Shown here piece by piece: positions 46,718 to 58,416 of a DNA stretch of 64,000 nucleotides. This DNA is from Pachysolen tannophilus NRRL Y-2460. Its lineage: Eukaryota. The DNA lies in NCBI GenBank assembly GCA_001661245.1, contig KV454012.1, positions 124,001 through 188,000 on the forward strand, in the 5' to 3' direction. The notes beneath the pieces were generated by a model. It saw nothing but the letters and a program-made list of their open reading frames with translations. It ran no database searches and had not been told where the DNA came from. Position 1 is the stretch's first letter; each line of letters begins with the position of its first letter. The position numbers and the translations under genes were made by a program.

Positions 46718-46929
46718 AACAAAAAATATGATTTAAATGATAATTTAATTACTTATAATTAGCCAATTAACCAACCAAGATGCATCCATATAGAGAAATA
46801 TTAATATATATATATATATATATATTTTATATAATTTAAATTAAAATATAAAGTATATATAAGTTAAATAATATAAAATAGCGTATGGAGGGGTTCTGGT
46901 TAGCTTGATGATAGCATGTATGCAAAGAA

Positions 46930-47124
46930 GTGGGGACAATAACAGCGGAGAACTTACAGAGGCAATCTGTCATTTCCGACTCGCTCATTTAAGCTTGGGT
47001 ACACGGGCACCGAGAGAGAAAGGGGAAATTTTTACTTTTGCAGCTCGGAGAAGCTTGTCCGCGGGGTTGTTCTTTGTTGCGTGCACTCTGCGTATGCTTA
47101 CTTTTGTGTTTGTGCGCTCTGGGG
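46930..47124. promoter_or_regulatory. Three SYGGGG (Mig1-like) boxes
   Basis: GTGGGG 46930, GCGGGG 47061, CTGGGG 47119 in the divergent promoter of the C2H2 factor and NDUFA12. Confidence 0.45.
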
Positions 47125-47507
47125 TAAATTTTTTTTTGCTTTTATTGCTTTTTTTTTTAGTTTTTTTTTTTTTGTGCCCGCTGTTGCAAAATTAAGGTTG
47201 CAATGTATTACGAGGAGAAGAAGGAGGAGGAGGGGTCACTCACTCACTCACTCACTCGCTGAACTTCTTTTTTTGTTTTTTTTTTTCGTTTCTTGCTATT
47301 TGCGCACTTGCGTATTTAATAGCGGTACGCAATTTGCGGAAAGCTTTTTTTTTTTTAACTTTTTGTGGTCGTGTGGGCGCGTATCAAATATACTTTAATA
47401 TACTTAAATATACTTTATATATAAAGTATATTAAAGTATATTGTAAGAGGTTTTCCTTTTTATATAATCTAATCTAATTAATTAATTAATTTATTTATTT
47501 ATTTATT

Positions 47508-47933
47508 ATGTCATCATCACTTGCTAGGACGGTCCGGAATTTTTGGAGAAATGGGATTAAGCGCTCTTTGATTCAGATTGCTACAATAAATGATACGAAA
47601 TCTGGAGATTTGGTTGGAATAGATGATTTTGGTAATAAATTTTATGAAACAAAAAATGAAGAAGAAATTCATTTAAGAACAAGATGGGTTGAATATTCGA
47701 ATTTTTGGAGACCAGATATTTCACAAGTGGAACCGGGCTGGCATTATTGGTTGGGTTATGGAACTGATATTCCTCCAAATCAATTGCAACCAAATTTAAA
47801 ATCGATTAAAGCTTATCCTGAACCTCCAAGACATATGGATAATTTGACTTTTACTGATGGAGCATACATTCCTTATAACACAGCAAGGCCAAAGACCCAG
47901 ACATGGCAACCAAAAGTAGCTGAACGTGTTTGA
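47508..47933 (+). CDS. Complex I accessory subunit NDUFA12 (B17.2)
   Basis: GDLVGIDDFGNKFYE, RTRWVEY, SQVEPGWHYWL, YIPYNTARPK..W.P. Confidence 0.93.
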   Translation: MSSSLARTVRNFWRNGIKRSLIQIATINDTKSGDLVGIDDFGNKFYETKNEEEIHLRTRWVEYSNFWRPDISQVEPGWHYWLGYGTDIPPNQLQPNLKSIKAYPEPPRHMDNLTFTDGAYIPYNTARPKTQTWQPKVAERV

Positions 47934-47999
47934 TAAGTTTATTTTATTTATTTATTTATTTATTTATTTTATTTATTTATTTTATTTTATTTATTTTAT

Positions 48000-49130
48000 T
48001 TACAATACATTTTTATCACTTGCAAAAGTAGCAGCAACAATTAAGGGGAATACAATAGTAACGTCCGCGTAAACTTTGACACTGTGTGCCGTGGCTTTGA
48101 TTTTCCCCCATGAAACAGCTTCATCTGGTCTAGCGCCTGCATCTGATCCATCAAATTCTTGTCCAGTATTGATATAAACTGCCCAATCTGCTCCATTTCT
48201 CATAAGACAAGCATTTGCAATATGATGCTTTATTAATCCGCCTCCTAGAATTAACATTCCAGCCCGGCTGGATTCCATAGACATTGAATTGATTTTTCTA
48301 ATATCATTTACAATATCAATTCTAAGTTGCTTTGGTGAAGCTTTAAAAGTATGGAAAAAAAGCATATCTCCAATTGATCCATCTGTAAGAGCAGGACAAA
48401 AAACTGGAATTTTATTCTTATGTGCCCAGTATAATACCGATGATTCATCATTAATTTCTTTACCAAGTCTATCTATAACTTTTGAAGGTGTCCAAATAAA
48501 AGATGAAGAATCAAGAGCTTCAGATCCATTTTTTTTAACAGATTCTTCTTGCTCTTCTAACATCTTATCTAAAATTGGAACAATCCATTCTTCAAATTTA
48601 CAATAATTATCATTAGGAACTAATAAATTACCAATTCTATTCATACCTTGATCTCTTAATTTAGATCCAGAAAGGCTAAATTCACCCATATAAGTAGGAG
48701 CAAGACATTTTATCAAATCTTCTTCAATCCCTCCTGCACTAGCCACTACAGCACTCACCATCTTATGTTGTACCAAAAATCTTAAAGTATCTCTTAAACC
48801 TGAAGAAATTAAATTTGAAGTATAACCCATAAATATTGTGGTCTTTTGATATCCTTGATCATCAAATTCACCTTTCCTATCATGCTCTTCCAATTCATCA
48901 ACATGTTTACCTCTCCATTGTCTCATTTCATCAATTATATCACAAGCCTCAGATAATGATGAAGCTTGGAATCCCATAGTTTTCATACCTTTAATCAAAT
49001 CTTTAGCTCTGCTATTAAAAGCTTCCGGCTTTGAATAATCAATACCTTTCACTTCTACTGCATCTTCTGGAACAGGAACCGAGTTAACAAACACAGCATC
49101 CGTTGCCAAATCTGGAAGCTTGTCAGACAT
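48000..49130 (-). CDS. DYS1: Deoxyhypusine synthase
   Basis: [45 protein letters not shown]. Confidence 0.98.
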   Translation of the reverse strand: MSDKLPDLATDAVFVNSVPVPEDAVEVKGIDYSKPEAFNSRAKDLIKGMKTMGFQASSLSEACDIIDEMRQWRGKHVDELEEHDRKGEFDDQGYQKTTIFMGYTSNLISSGLRDTLRFLVQHKMVSAVVASAGGIEEDLIKCLAPTYMGEFSLSGSKLRDQGMNRIGNLLVPNDNYCKFEEWIVPILDKMLEEQEESVKKNGSEALDSSSFIWTPSKVIDRLGKEINDESSVLYWAHKNKIPVFCPALTDGSIGDMLFFHTFKASPKQLRIDIVNDIRKINSMSMESSRAGMLILGGGLIKHHIANACLMRNGADWAVYINTGQEFDGSDAGARPDEAVSWGKIKATAHSVKVYADVTIVFPLIVAATFASDKNVL

Positions 49131-49172
49131 CTTTACTAATTACTTAAACTTTATTTAAAATAATAAAAATAC

Positions 49173-49203
<31 letters not shown>

Positions 49204-49382
49204 GAGAGATAAAATAAAATAGAAAGTGAAAAGTTTTTTTTTTTTTTTTAATTTATTTAATGATTTCCTTTTTGAGATATTTGCAGTTTACACGCACTAC
49301 CAAGAATCATGTGACCAACCAGATCATGTGATCTTGTTTTTCTTTTTTTTTTTTTGCAAGAATGAAATGAATGATAGGTAAA

Positions 49383-50906
49383 CTAAATGGTTTCTCCGAT
49401 TGGTTTAAAAATGAGTTTACACTCATGGCCCTTGGGATGAGTTGTATATTTGTCAACCATTTGCATCTTGTCATTGTAGTCAAAAGAGTCATCTAGAAAA
49501 GTACTAAATCTTGGATATAATCCACAAAGTATAAGTTTCATTTCTTCTACAGCAAGATTCATACCAATACACATTCTGACACCTGCTCCAAAAGTCATCA
49601 TTTGGCGATTCATAATTTTTAATTGTTCTTTATCTTCGATTAGCCATCTTTCTGGGTTAAATTTTTCAGGATCAGGGAAAATTTCTGGATCTCTATGTAA
49701 TGTAAAAGGTTGCATTGATACTATTGTATTTGCAGGAATTAAAACTTCTGGAGTTTCTTTTGAACCTCTCCATTTAAAACCTTGTTTAGGAGAAATTCTT
49801 GGTTCTTGGCCTGGAATAGATGCGTGTAATCTATATGTTTCATTTAAAACTGCATTCAAATAAGGTAACTCATCAATTTCTTGGTATAATGGTGGTCTAA
49901 AATCTGCATCTTTAAAATCAATTTTTGAAGATAATTCATTTTGTAAAAATTTTTGACATTCTGGGTTCTTGGATAACTCCCAAAGACAATAAGCCAATGT
50001 AATACCAGTTGTTTGATGTCCTGCTGCAATATGATCCTGAATTTCTGCAGCAACTTCTAATGGAGATTTCCCACCTTCACTCAAGACTTTTGTTAAAGTA
50101 TTTTGTTCATCTTGTAAATCAGAAAGAGTGAATAAAGTTTGTTGCTTTATCCAATCCGATGCTACAGCAGAAGCTTTTTCAATTGCTTTTGAAATGGCAA
50201 AACGTCTCCATTGAGGTAATAAAGTAGTCCAAAACCAAGCACTTGACTGTAATCTAAACAGATTTAAAATTTCCATTCCATAACCATCAGGATCAGATAA
50301 AAGTAAACGAGCATTTTGTTTACCAAAACTAAAACATGAAACAACATCCATTGCCATCATTTGAAATAAATTATAAACTTCAACGGATTCTGATTCTTGA
50401 CGTCTTTTATTAATAATTTGAAGTGTTTGAGATACAATATCACGTACCATTGGTTGAATATCATTTGATGTAACACTTGTCTTTGAATAAAATTTATGAG
50501 AAATTTTACGACTATCTTTATGTTCTCTCCTGGTAAGTAATGAAAAAGAATTAAATACACCATACAGACCAAATTCTTTATAAAAATTGGATTTATCAAA
50601 ATTATCAACATAAATATTTTTAATATAACTTGAATCAGAAATATCAATTTCATCAGGACCAATTCTTATCACAGGCCCATATTTCTTATGTAATTCATGA
50701 ACAACCTTATTTCTTTGCTCTGACCAAGTAATATATAAGATCCAATATTTAGTTAAACATGCAATTTTTGGACCTGGAATCTTTTTAAGTGGATGAAGAA
50801 AAATCGGGTAAAGCAAAAAATGGTAAACAATAATACCGAAAAATATAATCAGTAAGATTCGGATCAATTCTTCATGCGCCAATACAGCATTAAAGTTAAC
50901 CCCCAT
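49383..50906 (-). CDS. Cytochrome P450
   Basis: N-terminal TM plus HPLKKIPGP, YGPVIRIGP, AAGHQTT, ETYR, FNPERW, heme motif FGAGVRMCIG. ATG at 50906. Confidence 0.93.
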   Translation of the reverse strand: MGVNFNAVLAHEELIRILLIIFFGIIVYHFLLYPIFLHPLKKIPGPKIACLTKYWILYITWSEQRNKVVHELHKKYGPVIRIGPDEIDISDSSYIKNIYVDNFDKSNFYKEFGLYGVFNSFSLLTRREHKDSRKISHKFYSKTSVTSNDIQPMVRDIVSQTLQIINKRRQESESVEVYNLFQMMAMDVVSCFSFGKQNARLLLSDPDGYGMEILNLFRLQSSAWFWTTLLPQWRRFAISKAIEKASAVASDWIKQQTLFTLSDLQDEQNTLTKVLSEGGKSPLEVAAEIQDHIAAGHQTTGITLAYCLWELSKNPECQKFLQNELSSKIDFKDADFRPPLYQEIDELPYLNAVLNETYRLHASIPGQEPRISPKQGFKWRGSKETPEVLIPANTIVSMQPFTLHRDPEIFPDPEKFNPERWLIEDKEQLKIMNRQMMTFGAGVRMCIGMNLAVEEMKLILCGLYPRFSTFLDDSFDYNDKMQMVDKYTTHPKGHECKLIFKPIGETI

Positions 50907-51970
50907 TTCTTTTTTTTTTTTTATCAACCTACTACAACAACAACAACAACAATATTAATAATAAATAAACAAAGAAATTAATGAAAAGATTAAGGGTAAA
51001 ACAAAAAAAAAAAGTTTATATAAATCTTAAAAAATAAATAAAACTGCCCAAACCCTTGTTTTAACAAATTTGTTCCTTCTTTGCCTATTGTTTGTTCTTC
51101 GCCTATTGTTCCACCTTATCTTTCTTATCACAAATTGACAGAGAAAAACCGGACAAAAACATTTATTTTCCTTTTTAGGCAACGTCTCGGAAAAAAAGAT
51201 TAATTCCGCTTTCCAACACACATATAGGAGATAGGACATAAATAATATAATATAAATATATATATGACCAATTAGCAAGTTAAATTTAAATCTGTCAAAT
51301 CATTAAAGTATTAATTAAAAAAGAAAAGTAGAAAAGTGGTTAAAAAAGTATTAAGCTTTTTTAAGGGATAATCGAAAAAAATCAATCTAGTTGCTTTTTT
51401 CTTCTTTTAGCTTCTAGTGTCTTTCAACTAAATTTCTTAATGTTTTATTTTTTTTTTGACCTTCCACTAATTTCACAATGTAAACAAAGTTAATGCAAAA
51501 GGTAAAAAAAAATAAATGTTTTATGCTATGTGACATCTCATCGTCTTATTTCCCTTACTTCCTAAACCCTAACTACTGTCGGGAGGTTTCAGCAAATCAG
51601 AACCATTCAAACTCTTGGGAAATAACTTTTATTGATAATATTGATTAACTCAGCCGTATGTACGGACTCGTTCTTCTATTTCTTTTTCGGAACCAAAACT
51701 TCTTCCTAACTTCCTGCGGCTTCAAAATTTTTCAACCCATAAAAGACATATACATATACATATATATATATATTAGTAAATATCTATATTTAAATTTAAA
51801 AAAAAATTAATATATATATATATATATATATCTTAGAGGAGCTAAAAGTTGTAGCTTTTTCTTTTCAGAACTAGTTTTAAATTGTACTGATTCTTTAAGT
51901 TTGTAAGAAGAAAGAAAAAAAATTTTTCTTTTTTTTGGCTTGCTGATTTAGTGGTTAGTTTTTTAACAAG

Positions 51971-54900
51971 ATGTCTTCTGAAGAGAGTAAAATTGATGAG
52001 ATATCTGTGAAATCAGGTAATTCTTCAATTTTGGAAGATAATGTTGAGAATTATCGTGGGTTTGATGATCTGGCCGATGAACGGGTGAAAGGGCTTGCTA
52101 GACAGTTGACAGAAGCTTCTGAAAGTAATAGTGTTGGTAGAGGTTCTTTAACTCAAGAAGAAATTGAAGAAGGAAGAGTAGTTCCTAATTATAGTAGGCA
52201 GTTGGTAAGAACTTTAACTTCGATGTCTGAAGTTCCTGGTGTTAGTACTTTCCAAGAGGGAATTGATCCAAGGTTGGACCCAAACTCTGATGAATTTAAT
52301 TCTAAATTTTGGATCAAGAATTTAAGAAAATTAATTGATTCAGACCCTGATTATTATAAACCTGCTTCATTAGGTATTGCTTATAAAGATTTAAGAGCTT
52401 ATGGTATTGCTGTTGATGCAGATTATCAAACAAATGTAATCAATGCTCCTTTTAAAGTTTTGAAAAATTGTTACGATTCAGTGCTAAAGAGAAATGATAA
52501 ATCAAGATATTTTGATATCTTGAAACCAATGGATGCTTTAATTAAACCGGGAGAAGTCACTGTGGTATTGGGTAGACCTGGTGCAGGTTGTTCTACATTG
52601 TTGAAAACTATTGCAGCACAAACGCATGGATTTCATGTAGCTAAAGAATCTCAAATAAGTTATGACGGTATATCAACAAAAGATATTAAAAAATTTTATA
52701 GAGGTGATGTGATTTATAGTGCTGAAACTGATGTACATTTCCCACATTTAAGAGTAGGTGATACTTTAGAATTTGCCGCAAGAATGAGAACTCCTCAAAA
52801 TAGAGTTCCAGGTGTTGATAGAGAAGCTTATGCAAAACATTTGGCAGCTGTATATATGGCCACATATGGTTTAACTCATACCTATAATACAAAAGTTGGT
52901 AATGATTTGGTTAGAGGTGTCTCCGGTGGTGAAAGGAAAAGAGTCTCAATTGCAGAAGTTGCTCTTTCAGGTGCATCACTTCAATGTTGGGATAATGCAA
53001 CAAGAGGTTTGGATGCAGCTACTGCTTTGGAATTTATTAAAGCATTGAAAACTTCTGCTATGATCTTGGATGCAACACCTTTAATTGCCATTTATCAATG
53101 TTCTCAGGATTCTTATGATTTATTCGATAACGTTATTGTCCTATATGAAGGTTATCAAATTTATTTTGGTCCAGGTAATAAAGCTAAAAGATTTTTCCTT
53201 AATATGGGTTATGACTGTCCTCCAAGACAAACAACTGCAGATTTCTTAACATCTTTAACAAATCCAGTTGAAAGAGTTGCTAAAAAGGGGTTTGAAAATA
53301 AAGTACCAAAAACTCCTAAAGAATTTTCTGAATATTGGAGAGCTTCTCCTGAATATCAAGAATTGATAAAGGAAATCGATTCTTATCTTGAACACAACAA
53401 AATCACCAACACTGCTGATGAATTCAAGGCTTCACATGTAGCCAGACAATCAAGACATATGAGACCAAGATCACCATATACAGTTTCTTATTTTATGCAA
53501 GTTCGAAATATCATGAAAAGAAACTTTTTAAGATTACAAGGTGATCCTTCAGTTACAATTTTTTCTGTGTTTGGTAATTCCACAATGGCTTTCATCTTAT
53601 CATCAATTTTCTATAACTTGCCCAAGGCTACTCAATCGTTTTATTACAGAGGTGCAGCAATGTTCTTGGCTGTTTTATTTAATTCTTTCCTGTCCTTATT
53701 GGAAATTATGAGTTTGTTTGAAGCAAGAAGAATTGTTGAAAAACACAAACAATTTGCTTTATATCATCCATCTGCCGATGCTTTAGCATCTGTAATGTCC
53801 GAAGTGCCTCCAAAACTTTTAACCTCTATTGCATTCAATTTGATCTATTATTTCTTGGTTAATTTCAGAAGAGAACCTGGCAGGTTTTTCTTTTATTTCT
53901 TGATGAATATTGTTGCAACTTTCGCAATGTCTCATTTATTTAGAACAATTGGTGCTGCTTCTACTTCTTTGCCTCAGGCTATGACTCCTGCCTCAGTTTT
54001 ATTGTTGGGATTGACCATTTTCACAGGTTTTGTTATTCCAACAACAGATATGTTAGGTTGGTCTAGGTGGATCAATTACATTAACCCAATCGGTTATGTA
54101 TTTGAAGCATTGATGGCAAATGAATTTAATGGTGTTACTTACGAATGTTCAGACTTAATTCCAAGTGGTGGTTCATATGATAGTGCTTCTTTAACGAATA
54201 GGGTTTGTTCTGTTGTTGGATCAATTTCTGGTCAAGACACCGTTTCTGGAACCCGTTTCTTAAATTTATCATACGAATATTATGATTCACATAGATGGAG
54301 AAACTTTGGTATAGCTATAGCATTTGTTGTTTTCTTCTTGTTTATTTATTTGACTTTCACTGAGTTCAATGAAGCTTCCAAGCAAAAAGGTGAAGTTATC
54401 TTATTCCAACAGGGAACTTTGAGAAAGCTTAAAAAGGAACAAAAGGCTAAAGCTAGTATAAAATCTGATCTCGAAGCTACTAGTACCAGTGAAAAAATTT
54501 CCGTTGACGATCAACTCGATGATAATAACCAAGCAGAAGTCGGAAATTTAGTTGCTGGTAAAGATATTTTCCATTGGAGAGATGTTTGCTACGATATCAA
54601 AATCAAAAATGAAACTAGGAGGATTTTGAATTCTGTTGACGGGTGGGTTAAACCTGGTACGTTGACTGCTTTGATGGGAGCCTCAGGTGCCGGTAAAACG
54701 ACCTTGTTAGATGTCTTGGCAAATCGTGTCACCATGGGTGTTGTTACAGGTGATATGTTTGTTAATGGTAGATTAAGAGATTCTTCATTCCAGAGATCCA
54801 CTGGTTATGTTCAACAGCAGGATTTACACTTGCAAACTTCTACTGTCCGTGAAGCTTTATTATTTTCAGCCTATTTGCGTCAACCTCTGTCAATTTCGAA

Positions 54901-56626
54901 AGCAGAAAAGGAAGCTTATGTTGAAGATGTCATTAAAGTTTTAGAAATGACGAAATATGCAGATGCTGTTGTCGGTGTCGCAGGTGAAGGTTTGAACGTT
55001 GAACAGAGAAAGAGATTGACCATTGGTGTGGAATTAGCTGCCAAACCAAAATTATTGTTATTCTTAGATGAACCAACATCCGGTTTGGACTCTCAAACTG
55101 CTTGGTCTATTTGTCAATTGATGAGAAAATTGGCCAATCATGGACAAGCCATCTTGTGTACGATTCATCAGCCTTCTGCTATCTTATTGCAAGAATTCGA
55201 TAGACTTTTATTTTTAGCAAAAGGTGGTAAAACTATATATTTTGGAGATTTGGGTAAAGATTGTGAAACTTTGATTAATTATTTTGAAAATCATGGTTCT
55301 GATAAATTTCCAGCGGACTGTAATCCAGCAGAATTTATGTTGGAGATTATTGGTGCAGCTCCTGGTTCTCATGCTAAACAAGACTACCATGAAGTTTGGA
55401 AGAATTCCGAAGAACATAAGCGCGTTCAAATTGAATTGGATGATTTGGAAAGAAATTTGATTCAAATTCCAATTGATAGTTCACCTGAAGCTCATAAGGA
55501 GTTTGCAACATCAATTTTATTCCAGTACTTTGTTGTCACTAAGCGTGTCTTTCAACAGTATTGGAGAACACCTACATATCTTTGGTCTAAATTTTTCTTG
55601 TGTGTATCTTCTTCATTATTCAATGGGTTTTCATTTTTCCATGCTGCTAAATCTCTTCAAGGCTTACAAAATCAAATGTTTTCTATATTTATGTTTTTAG
55701 TTGTTTTCAATACTTTAGTTCAACAAATGTTACCAAATTATGTTTCTCAAAGAGATTTATATGAAGCTAGAGAAAGACCTTCAAAGACTTTTTCATGGGT
55801 TGCATTCATCACTGCTCAAATTACTGCCGAAATTCCTTGGCAAATACTTTGTGGTACCATGGCTTTTTTCTGTTGGTATTATCCAGTTGGTTTATACCGT
55901 AATGCACCAACTACGGAGCAATTGCATGAACGTGGTGCTTTAGCCTGGTTATTTTCCATCTCATTTTATGTTTTCGTTTCTTCAATGGGACAAATGTGCG
56001 TTGCTGGTATTGAAATTTACAACAATGCTGGTAATTTAGCTAATTTATTGTTCATGATTTCATTGAATTTTTGTGGTGTCTTGGCAGGTCCAACAGCGTT
56101 ACCAGGATTTTGGATCTTTATGTATAGAGTATCTCCATTTACCTATTTCCTTGATGGTATGCTTTCTACTGCTATTGCAAATTCAGAAATTACATGTGCT
56201 GAACAAGAATATGTTATTTTCCCACCTCCAAGTGGAATGACTTGTGGTGAATACATGGAAGATTATATTAGTACTGCAGGAGGTTATTTGAAATCACCAA
56301 GTTCCACAGACAGTTGCTCTTACTGTACTATGCAATACACCAATGATTACTTGGCAACTTTACCAACCTCATATTCTAAAAGATGGAGAAATTGGGGAAT
56401 CTTTATTTGTTACATTGCCATTAACATGATACTCACTGTATTCCTTTACTGGTTGGCAAGAGTACCTAAATCCAAAAATAGAGTTCAAAACGAAAAGGAA
56501 TCAGATGCTGAAACTGATTTAAAGAGAACTCAAACTAATAAAAATCCTGAAAATATAAATGTTGTTCCTTCCCAACTGTCTTCATCTGTTGATAATTCAG
56601 TTGACACTAAGGAAGAAAAAGTTTGA
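51971..56626 (+). CDS. PDR-family full-size ABC transporter (Pdr5/Cdr1-like)
   Basis: GRPGAGCST, VSGGERKRVSIAE, CWDNATRGLD, GASGAGKT, LNVEQRKRLTIGVEL; two TMDs. Confidence 0.96.
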   Translation: MSSEESKIDEISVKSGNSSILEDNVENYRGFDDLADERVKGLARQLTEASESNSVGRGSLTQEEIEEGRVVPNYSRQLVRTLTSMSEVPGVSTFQEGIDPRLDPNSDEFNSKFWIKNLRKLIDSDPDYYKPASLGIAYKDLRAYGIAVDADYQTNVINAPFKVLKNCYDSVLKRNDKSRYFDILKPMDALIKPGEVTVVLGRPGAGCSTLLKTIAAQTHGFHVAKESQISYDGISTKDIKKFYRGDVIYSAETDVHFPHLRVGDTLEFAARMRTPQNRVPGVDREAYAKHLAAVYMATYGLTHTYNTKVGNDLVRGVSGGERKRVSIAEVALSGASLQCWDNATRGLDAATALEFIKALKTSAMILDATPLIAIYQCSQDSYDLFDNVIVLYEGYQIYFGPGNKAKRFFLNMGYDCPPRQTTADFLTSLTNPVERVAKKGFENKVPKTPKEFSEYWRASPEYQELIKEIDSYLEHNKITNTADEFKASHVARQSRHMRPRSPYTVSYFMQVRNIMKRNFLRLQGDPSVTIFSVFGNSTMAFILSSIFYNLPKATQSFYYRGAAMFLAVLFNSFLSLLEIMSLFEARRIVEKHKQFALYHPSADALASVMSEVPPKLLTSIAFNLIYYFLVNFRREPGRFFFYFLMNIVATFAMSHLFRTIGAASTSLPQAMTPASVLLLGLTIFTGFVIPTTDMLGWSRWINYINPIGYVFEALMANEFNGVTYECSDLIPSGGSYDSASLTNRVCSVVGSISGQDTVSGTRFLNLSYEYYDSHRWRNFGIAIAFVVFFLFIYLTFTEFNEASKQKGEVILFQQGTLRKLKKEQKAKASIKSDLEATSTSEKISVDDQLDDNNQAEVGNLVAGKDIFHWRDVCYDIKIKNETRRILNSVDGWVKPGTLTALMGASGAGKTTLLDVLANRVTMGVVTGDMFVNGRLRDSSFQRSTGYVQQQDLHLQTSTVREALLFSAYLRQPLSISKAEKEAYVEDVIKVLEMTKYADAVVGVAGEGLNVEQRKRLTIGVELAAKPKLLLFLDEPTSGLDSQTAWSICQLMRKLANHGQAILCTIHQPSAILLQEFDRLLFLAKGGKTIYFGDLGKDCETLINYFENHGSDKFPADCNPAEFMLEIIGAAPGSHAKQDYHEVWKNSEEHKRVQIELDDLERNLIQIPIDSSPEAHKEFATSILFQYFVVTKRVFQQYWRTPTYLWSKFFLCVSSSLFNGFSFFHAAKSLQGLQNQMFSIFMFLVVFNTLVQQMLPNYVSQRDLYEARERPSKTFSWVAFITAQITAEIPWQILCGTMAFFCWYYPVGLYRNAPTTEQLHERGALAWLFSISFYVFVSSMGQMCVAGIEIYNNAGNLANLLFMISLNFCGVLAGPTALPGFWIFMYRVSPFTYFLDGMLSTAIANSEITCAEQEYVIFPPPSGMTCGEYMEDYISTAGGYLKSPSSTDSCSYCTMQYTNDYLATLPTSYSKRWRNWGIFICYIAINMILTVFLYWLARVPKSKNRVQNEKESDAETDLKRTQTNKNPENINVVPSQLSSSVDNSVDTKEEKV

Positions 56627-57047
56627 TAAGCACTAGGTGCTCAATCATATTTTACAAAGTCTTGTTACATATTTCTTGGTATTTTAAACCTCGTTTCCAT
56701 TTTTCTTTTTTGTCAATATTATTTATATATCCAATATTTTATACTTTTTTACTATTAATTTTTAATTTTGCTATACCGTTTAAGAATTTATTTACATTCA
56801 GGTTGTTATAATAATTGCTGTAAGCACATTCATTGGTTTTATCCAGTTCTCTGCAGTTCTTTTCAGTTGTCTTTGGTTGTCTTTAGTTCTTCTCTCTGTA
56901 ATTGTAAATTATCAATTTTTAATGCGTGTGAAGCTGTGTGAAATTCTAATTGAAAAAAAAAACCCAAGTGTAAATTTACAAATTAAGGTATTAATTAATT
57001 TATCACCTCATCAATCTGGAAACAAATAGCAACAAGAAGATATAAAG

Positions 57048-58250
57048 ATGGTTTATCTGGCCGCTGCGAAAAGGGTGGTAACACGTATGGTTGTTAAGGA
57101 CTTTAAAGTTAGTTGTTTACCCAGGTATTGTTTAACATTTAGAAGAAGTAATAGCAGCCTTTCCCGAGGACAATTAGAAAATGGGCGTAAGATTACAACT
57201 TCAAAAGTACCAAAGGCTTCAAAAGCTGCACCTTTGAATCAGAATTTGAGAAGGACTGATAGTATTCCACTTCTTGATATATCGAAATGTAATGACCAAG
57301 GTTTTTATGATTATGAGGGCAAGCATTATGAATTATTGGTTTGCACAACCATATCGACATGTGAATCTTATGATTTACCCAAATCTGTGGAATTACTTCG
57401 TAATGCTGGGTTTCCAAATACACAGATATTAATACCCAATGAGGCGATTCATTTGAAATATCCAAGTTCCCTGGTTAAATCTGGTAGTGATGTGTTGATC
57501 TTAAGCTCTGGAACAATAATTGCGTTTGGATTAGATGAAAAAACTGTGATGGATGAAATCTTTCCTCTACTTAAGGATTCCATGATTACTCCTTATAATC
57601 CTCAAAGTGAAGATATGGATTACATTGAAATTAATGAAAACCAGAGCCAAGCCACTGAGGGGAAAAATAATAATGAAAATGGATCATTTATGGATGGTGA
57701 TATCATTTGTATCAGAGGTTCAACTGAAAATGAAAGATTATTGGATAAGACAGCTTTTGCATTTGGACTCTCAAGATCTACCAGATTAGCAATTTTAGAA
57801 AGTTCTTTAGAACAGCAAATTCCCTTGACCAGAAAATCAACTGAAGAATTATGCGCTGGTAGGAAATTAAGAGTTAATGGTACTGAAGTGTTACGATCAA
57901 TTGGAAAATTATTATTATTAAGAGGTAAATTGAATTTATACTCTGAGTTGATAGAAACACCAGATTTATATTGGTCTGAACCTAATTTGGAGAAAATATA
58001 CAGAGACATTTCAAGAAACTTGGATATTTCTCCAAGAATCAATATTTTAAACAGAAAGCTAGATTATGCCACTGATGAATCTCGAGCAGTTTTGGCAACA
58101 CTAAATGAAGAAAAAGCAGTAAGATTAGAATGGATTATTATTTATTTAATTATGGTTGAAGTCCTGTTTGAAACTTTCCATTTCTATGAAAGATATGGAC
58201 GTAAAAAAAGTAATGAGGACAAAAACGACAAATTGTTGGAAGATGATTAG
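57048..58250 (+). CDS. MRX10: Mitochondrial DUF155/RMND1-family protein
   Basis: Basic presequence; LRGKLNLYSELIETPDLYWSEP, LDISPRINILNRKLDY, LEWIIIYLIMVEV. Confidence 0.85.
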   Translation: MVYLAAAKRVVTRMVVKDFKVSCLPRYCLTFRRSNSSLSRGQLENGRKITTSKVPKASKAAPLNQNLRRTDSIPLLDISKCNDQGFYDYEGKHYELLVCTTISTCESYDLPKSVELLRNAGFPNTQILIPNEAIHLKYPSSLVKSGSDVLILSSGTIIAFGLDEKTVMDEIFPLLKDSMITPYNPQSEDMDYIEINENQSQATEGKNNNENGSFMDGDIICIRGSTENERLLDKTAFAFGLSRSTRLAILESSLEQQIPLTRKSTEELCAGRKLRVNGTEVLRSIGKLLLLRGKLNLYSELIETPDLYWSEPNLEKIYRDISRNLDISPRINILNRKLDYATDESRAVLATLNEEKAVRLEWIIIYLIMVEVLFETFHFYERYGRKKSNEDKNDKLLEDD

Positions 58251-58416
58251 TTGCTCATATCCTCTTAATAGAAACTCCTTGTATATAGTTTACAACTTTT
58301 TTTTTTGTCAAATTGGATTCAATACCGACTATATATATAAAAATTCATATATATTAATTAATATTTATATAATATCTCTATTTATCACTAAAAAATGAGA
58401 AATTGCAAAAAAATAT

